DNA from: an uncultured Micavibrio sp.
Lineage (GTDB): Bacteria; Pseudomonadota; Alphaproteobacteria; Micavibrionales; Micavibrionaceae
Assembly: GCA_963973475.1 (NCBI GenBank)
Contig: CAXBAL010000001.1
Location: 1-38,939 of the forward strand
Reading direction: 5' to 3'
Length of the DNA: 38,939 bases
Shown: in pieces, positions 32,946-38,939 of the stretch
How positions within the stretch are numbered: the first letter of the stretch is position 1
Layout of the letters: every line of letters begins with the position of its first letter
The notes under the pieces: model-generated
Seen by the model: the letters and a program-made list of their open reading frames with translations, nothing else
Database searches by the model: none
What the model was told of the DNA's origin: nothing
Translations under genes and position numbers: made by a program

Positions 32946-33263
32946 TCATGGCTTGTAGCTGTTCGACTTCCAAAACGATCTGTTTTGTATCGGGCCGCAA
33001 CTCGTTAATTTTGTAATGTATATGCTCATCCAGTGAGGCTCTTTTTCCGTCAAAATATACGCTGCGATATGGAGCGGAATGCAGACGCTTAAGAAAAAGA
33101 GGGCTTTGCCGGAGAGAGAAGCAAAGGCAATCATACCGATTCCAAAGAGGATAAAATTAATCCCGAAAAACTCCATAGGCACTCCCAATACAAGTGGCGG
33201 CCTTGTCATACCGACAAATAGGGGATCTAAATCTTGATTGTCCTTGAACTCCATAAATGCCAA
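32946..33263 (-). CDS. virB3: T4SS protein VirB3
   Basis: 105 aa. It has LFVGMTRPPLVLGVP plus two TM segments. Confidence 0.85.
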   Translation of the reverse strand: MAFMEFKDNQDLDPLFVGMTRPPLVLGVPMEFFGINFILFGIGMIAFASLSGKALFFLSVCIPLHIAAYILTEKEPHWMSIYITKLTSCGPIQNRSFWKSNSYKP

Positions 33264-33267
33264 CTCC

Positions 33268-33558
33268 TTAAAGTGAGCCGGCTATGCTGTCCACAATCGC
33301 AGGTGCGCCAAATACGAGAATAATTCCGCCGATAACTGAAGCTGCAATTCCCCAAGCCAAACGCCCTGTCATCCAAAGAATGCCTAGTCCGACAACCGCG
33401 ATAATTGCAATGATCCGAGCCCAGGTATTGGTCAACAAATTCATTAAGGCGTTTAGAAAATTTGTTCCTGAATCAAAGAGGGCTTGTGCATGAGCTGCTT
33501 CGGGATATGAGACCAGTATCAATGATATTAATAAAAATAAAACATACCGATTCTTCAT
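33268..33558 (-). CDS. virB2: T4SS pilin VirB2/TrbC
   Basis: 96 aa. It has a long signal peptide ending AHAQ, followed by two hydrophobic helices. Confidence 0.85.
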   Translation of the reverse strand: MKNRYVLFLLISLILVSYPEAAHAQALFDSGTNFLNALMNLLTNTWARIIAIIAVVGLGILWMTGRLAWGIAASVIGGIILVFGAPAIVDSIAGSL

Positions 33559-33770
33559 AGCGCATCCTTACTCATAATTGAATTTTCACAAATTCATAAA
33601 AAGGGACTGTGCAGCAATTTCAACGACTTTCACCTCAGAGTTAATAAATCCAGTAAAATTATACGCATCAGGTTGAATCCCGTTTAGTCAAATAAAAATC
33701 CCGATAATGATCTTAACAAAAGCGCGCGCATGTCTTGGTAGAGCTAAAGATTGGGAGACATGCCAAATCA

Positions 33771-34223
33771 ATGATGGGGTTTGATACTTTGGCTGTGCTT
33801 GCAAACCACACAAATGGACTTAAAAAAATGGAGCAAGCAAAACCAAAAAACACAGAATTCAATGTGAAATTAGGCAAGAAACTGAGTTTTCTTCGTCAGA
33901 ACCGGAGCCTTTCGCAGGGTGAATTGGGAGATTTATTAGGTGTTCGGGCACAGCAAATACATAAATACGAAACAGGTGAAAACCGAGTAACGGTTGAGAG
34001 GCTCAAAGACTGTGCGGATGTTTTGGGGGTATCTATGAATTATTTTTTCATAGATAAAAATGGCCCTTTTAATACTGATGATAATGAACTTCTTCAGCTT
34101 GTAAGTGAATTTTACAGCGTTCCAAGCGACGTCAGAGTTGAATTTTTAGCTTTAGTGCGAAAACTCCGGCAGTTTTCTCAGCAATATCAAAATTCCTACA
34201 ATGAAGTGGAGGAGGCAGATTAA
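33771..34223 (+). CDS. XRE-family HTH transcriptional regulator, divergent from the virB operon
   Basis: Sequence: LSQGELGDLLGVRAQQIHKYETGENRVTVERL. The start is uncertain: TTG 33735, ATG 33771 or ATG 33828. Confidence 0.7.
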   Translation: MMGFDTLAVLANHTNGLKKMEQAKPKNTEFNVKLGKKLSFLRQNRSLSQGELGDLLGVRAQQIHKYETGENRVTVERLKDCADVLGVSMNYFFIDKNGPFNTDDNELLQLVSEFYSVPSDVRVEFLALVRKLRQFSQQYQNSYNEVEEAD

Positions 34224-34696
34224 TGAAGTTTCTCAAATTAACAATTTTGGCTCTTCTGGCTGTATTCGTTTTAAACCCTTCCCTCGGAAATTCTGCCAGC
34301 CAAGACGCTTGTGCGATTTGGATATGCTTGCCCGGAGGGTTCCCATCGGAATGCAGCGGAGCTTACAGCGAGTTTAAAAAGCGTATTAAAAAGGGCAGAG
34401 ATCCGCTTCCTAGGCTATCATCATGTACGACCGGGCCGAATGGTGAAAAGGTAGACGGTCATTATCAGCTTGGATATGAGAGATTTGAGCCATGCGATGA
34501 TGGTTACGTATTAAGGGAAAGGCGGCAGGGCTACAGATCCACTCAAGGGGTATGTTACCGTACTCAATGCGTACCGCAACAATATCAGGAGAATTACAAT
34601 TACAGGTGTGAGCATTATCAAGCTGTTGTTCGGTCAAAACCTCATTTTATTAAAATGTGGGTTGATGGGGCGTATTTAGGGCAATATTTTTATTAG
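34223..34696 (+). CDS. secreted cysteine-rich protein, tentatively TrbM-like
   Basis: It has a signal peptide, then DACAIWICLPGGFPSECSGAYSEF. This resembles the ACEAILCLSS...P.EC motif of TrbM-family proteins. The assignment is from memory only. Confidence 0.45.
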   Translation: MKFLKLTILALLAVFVLNPSLGNSASQDACAIWICLPGGFPSECSGAYSEFKKRIKKGRDPLPRLSSCTTGPNGEKVDGHYQLGYERFEPCDDGYVLRERRQGYRSTQGVCYRTQCVPQQYQENYNYRCEHYQAVVRSKPHFIKMWVDGAYLGQYFY

Positions 34697-34757
34697 AAAT
34701 TAGCAATGCTGATTTTAATTATTGAGTTAGTAACTCTTTAGTGATATTGTCATCTCA

Positions 34758-35078
34758 ATGAGCAAGTTTTTTTTAATACTTTCCGCTTTCGCATTGATCG
34801 TCTCCGTGACGGTCTGCGTTTCGCATGCTGCTCATGCCAGTGTTGATACGGACACGGAAATCTCCATAAGCATTGATGCCGACGGTTCAAGCGATAATAA
34901 GCTGGGCAGTAACGGTTGCGATATGTTGTGCGGTGGTTGTTGTGTTCATCACGCGATGAATACATCCTTTGGTGTAAAAGACTTTGCCGTTCTTGGTAAA
35001 GATCAAATGAGCCTTCCCAACACATCCCTCTTTGTTTCAGACTTGATTTACGGCCTGAAACGTCCCCCTAAAGCTTAA
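34758..35078 (+). CDS. small exported/membrane-anchored Cys/His-rich protein upstream of czcCBA
   Basis: It has an N-terminal hydrophobic segment, the motif CDMLCGGCCVHHAM, and a C-terminal LKRPPKA. Confidence 0.5.
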   Translation: MSKFFLILSAFALIVSVTVCVSHAAHASVDTDTEISISIDADGSSDNKLGSNGCDMLCGGCCVHHAMNTSFGVKDFAVLGKDQMSLPNTSLFVSDLIYGLKRPPKA

Positions 35079-35214
35079 ATCTATAAGGCGTAGTATATCT
35101 GCCGTTTGACGATAGTCGCGGCTGATAAATTTTTACGACCTTTTCATCTGGGACTGCGCGGTTTTTTCAGCGCGGCCTGACCCCATTTTGATTTAAGCTT
35201 AAGGAACTAACTAC

Positions 35215-36498
35215 ATGAAAAAATACCTCACTATGTCTGCAATGGCAGTGCTGCTATGGCAGCCGACCATGGCGAATGCGGATGGTCTTGATAAAGAAAC
35301 AGCCCTTCGAAAGGCGTTGCAGAACAATCCCACCTATATGGCGGCACTTGCGGCTATTGACGCGGCAGATGGCTCACGCCTTCAAGCCTCTTTGCCGCCG
35401 AATCCCGATGCCGTTTTTGAAATCGAAAACTTCGCCGGAGAGGATGAAAATGAAGGCTTTGATGGAGCCGAACTCACACTTGGTATTGAGCAAACGATTG
35501 AGATGGGCGGCAAGCGTAGCAATCGCACCAAGGTCGCCGATTTTGATTATAAAATTTCTCAACAACAAGCCAAAGCACAAGCCTTGAGCCTTCTCGCTGA
35601 AACTGAATATGCCTTTATCCGCGTAGCCGTGGCACAGGAACGCATGGCACTGGCTGACAAGCGCCTCGATCTAGCGGATAAAACCCACAGCATCGTCAAA
35701 AAACGCATTGGCGCTGCAAAAGCAGCAGACATTCAGCACACTAAAGCCGATATTGAACAAGCAGCGGCAGAAGTTGAAAAACGCAAGGCCCAAAAAGAAT
35801 TAGTTACGGCACAAAATGATCTGGGGCGGTTGCTCGGTGTTATGGATGTGTCCGATCTTGATATTGAGGCCGATCTAGGCGCATTGCCGGATCTGATTGA
35901 AAAGCAAACTCTTCTGGATGCTTTAAGGAATGCCCCGCAATCGCAAGCACAGGAATTTGCCAAGATGCAAGCGCGCTCTTCTTTTGATCTTGCGAGATCA
36001 CAGGGCGTCCCTGATCCGACTTTTGGTCTGGGTGTGCGGCGTTTTAATGAAAATGACAGTACAGCTTTGGTGGCCAGTCTGTCTTTTCCTATTCCTGTCT
36101 TTAATCGTAATCAGGGCGGAATTCAAGAAGCCAAGGCCAATATGATCAAGGCCGATGCGCAAAGCTATGCTGCTGGACTATCTTTACGGCAATCCGCAAT
36201 TCAGGCATGGGAAAGCCTCGCTTCATCACTGGAAGAAACCAGCCGTTATCAGGACGAAATTATTCCTAGCGCCCGTAAAGCTTACAGCCAAGCCGATGAT
36301 GGATATGGGCGCGGTGCTTTTACGTTTCTGGATCTGCTCGATGCACAGCGCACATTGTATGAGGTACAAGAAGCCCGTCTGGACAGCCTGTTGAGCGTTT
36401 ATGAGGCCAAAGCACAAACCGATTTTTTGATGGGAACACACAGCTCTCTGATCACGCAAATATCGCAAACAAAGAATAAAGGACAAAATGATGAATAG
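35215..36498 (+). CDS. czcC: outer-membrane factor of heavy-metal RND efflux system (CzcC/TolC family)
   Basis: 427 aa with a signal peptide and two OEP repeats (NPTYMAALAAIDAA, FPIPVFNRNQG). Confidence 0.85.
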   Translation: MKKYLTMSAMAVLLWQPTMANADGLDKETALRKALQNNPTYMAALAAIDAADGSRLQASLPPNPDAVFEIENFAGEDENEGFDGAELTLGIEQTIEMGGKRSNRTKVADFDYKISQQQAKAQALSLLAETEYAFIRVAVAQERMALADKRLDLADKTHSIVKKRIGAAKAADIQHTKADIEQAAAEVEKRKAQKELVTAQNDLGRLLGVMDVSDLDIEADLGALPDLIEKQTLLDALRNAPQSQAQEFAKMQARSSFDLARSQGVPDPTFGLGVRRFNENDSTALVASLSFPIPVFNRNQGGIQEAKANMIKADAQSYAAGLSLRQSAIQAWESLASSLEETSRYQDEIIPSARKAYSQADDGYGRGAFTFLDLLDAQRTLYEVQEARLDSLLSVYEAKAQTDFLMGTHSSLITQISQTKNKGQNDE

Positions 36499-37624
36499 AA
36501 AATTATTATCCATAGCAGTGCTGGGGCTTGCGCTTTTTGCATGGCAACTTACACCTACAATAATCACTTCGGCGAAAGCTGAAACAGAAGCGCATGATGA
36601 TCACGGTCATGATGAACAAAAAGACCACGGCCATGATGACGGGCATGAGCATGAAGATGCCCATGATGAAACTGATGGTGACGATCACGGTGATGACCAT
36701 TCCGAGGAAGGGGATAACCATGACGAACACGGTCATGACAGCCATAAAAAGGAAGACAGCCACGATGACCATGGTCATGGCGGAGGCGACGATCATGGCG
36801 AGCATGAGGAAGGTAAAGTTGAAATTACGCCGGATGCCGCCAAGCTGACGGGTGTTCAATTCAAACAAGCCGGCCCTGATACTGTGGCCATGACAACACC
36901 TCTGACAGGACGTATTGTTTTAAATGAAAATAAAACGGCCAATGTCCGCGCACGATTTCCAGGAATTGTAAAAGCCGTCCACGTCAACCTTGGTGATAGC
37001 GTCGAAAAAGGGCAAAAACTTGCTACAGTAGAGAGTAATGAAAGCCTGAATGCCTATATTGTTTATGCCCCCATGGATGGGGTAATCCTAAAGCGAGAGA
37101 CCAATATTGGCGATGTGACAAACGGCAAGGAATTGTTTGTGATTGCCGATCTATCGACCGTATGGGCTAAATATCATATCTTCCCACGCGATGTGCCAAT
37201 GATCAAAAAGGGGCAAAAGGTCGATATTCATACACTTGATGAAAAGAACCGCCAGAATGCGGAAATATCAATGCTGTTTCCAACCACTGATGCGTTAAGC
37301 CAAACTGTTATTGCGATTGCAGAGCTTTCTAATGAAAGCGGTGTCTGGCGCCCAGGTATGACGATTGAAGGGGATATAAAAGTTGGCGAAAAGCAAGCCG
37401 CTATCGCTGTCCCGCGCTCAGCCCTGCAATTTATTGAAGAGCAACAAGTCATCTTTATCAAAGAGGGCAATACCTATGAACCGCGCCCTGTAAAAATCGG
37501 CATGACCGGAACGGAAAATGTAGAGATTACTTCCGGCCTAAAAAGCGGTGAGACGTACGTGAGTGCCGGAAGCTTTGTCATCAAGGCCGATATCCTAAAA
37601 GGCACAGCCGCCCACGAACATTAA
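36488..37624 (+). CDS. czcB: periplasmic adaptor (membrane fusion protein) CzcB with His-rich N-terminal extension
   Basis: 378 aa with an HlyD/CzcB-type barrel-sandwich pattern (VRARFPGIVKAVHVNLGDSVEKGQKLATVES). It overlaps czcC by 11 nt. Confidence 0.85.
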   Translation: MMNRKLLSIAVLGLALFAWQLTPTIITSAKAETEAHDDHGHDEQKDHGHDDGHEHEDAHDETDGDDHGDDHSEEGDNHDEHGHDSHKKEDSHDDHGHGGGDDHGEHEEGKVEITPDAAKLTGVQFKQAGPDTVAMTTPLTGRIVLNENKTANVRARFPGIVKAVHVNLGDSVEKGQKLATVESNESLNAYIVYAPMDGVILKRETNIGDVTNGKELFVIADLSTVWAKYHIFPRDVPMIKKGQKVDIHTLDEKNRQNAEISMLFPTTDALSQTVIAIAELSNESGVWRPGMTIEGDIKVGEKQAAIAVPRSALQFIEEQQVIFIKEGNTYEPRPVKIGMTGTENVEITSGLKSGETYVSAGSFVIKADILKGTAAHEH

Positions 37625-37640
37625 AATTGAAGCTATATAG

Positions 37641-38939
<1,299 letters not shown>

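Noticed and set aside
36506-36868. Long ORFs lie on both strands across the czcB 5' region (36506-36868 minus, 36594-36848 plus).
   Set aside because: They are artefacts of the repetitive His/Asp codon tract (CAT/GAT/GAC repeats). They translate to implausible M/V/I/T-rich strings and lie fully inside a well-supported gene.

Overview
This window reads as a segment of a conjugative plasmid, probably alphaproteobacterial, since it has a RepC-type initiator, a VirB/VirD4 T4SS and a very CzcA-like RND pump. All family names come from motif recognition by eye; no database search was possible.

Gene content, left to right:
- 1-3208 (minus strand): the 5' part of a type-1-like BREX operon, a small HTH gene followed by brxA, brxB and brxC. 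brxC runs off the left edge.
- 3300-6400: a replication module. It holds an HTH/coiled-coil protein, three perfect DnaA boxes, a predicted antisense ctRNA, repC, and a translationally coupled secreted thermonuclease.
- 6554-8449: an AAA/DUF4143 ATPase and an orphan AbiEi/DUF6088-like gene.
- 8500-17300 (all genes on the plus strand): a leading-region-like block with a ParB-like protein, a truncated N6-methyltransferase-like protein, ArdC, two small acidic or unknown ORFs, parA with a ParG-like gene and a centromere-like repeat array, DUF6876, DUF3991/Toprim, parDE and DUF736.
- 17300-20400: a candidate oriT/promoter region, a DUF3363-type relaxase, an RHH protein and a small membrane protein.
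- 20459-22498: hipBA and a degenerate HigA-like gene.
- 22508-33558 (minus strand): virD4, virB11, virB10, virB9, virB8, virB6, two lipoprotein genes, virB5, virB4, virB3 and virB2.
- 33771 to the right edge: an XRE regulator, a TrbM-like Cys-rich protein, a small Cys/His-rich protein, and czcC, czcB and czcA (czcA truncated by the right edge).

The most interesting signal is non-coding. Three copies of a conserved element of about 150-200 nt lie at 8547-8743, 11225-11398 and 14509-14700. Each sits immediately upstream of a leading-region gene (ParB-like, ardC, DUF6876). Each folds into the same three-helix nested hairpin, and all three helices show compensatory base changes between copies. 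The only two non-Watson-Crick positions are A.C on the plus strand but G.T on the minus strand. The minus strand is the predicted transferred strand and the template of these genes. I interpret the elements as candidate single-stranded-DNA promoters or priming signals (Frpo-like in concept). A structured RNA cannot be excluded.
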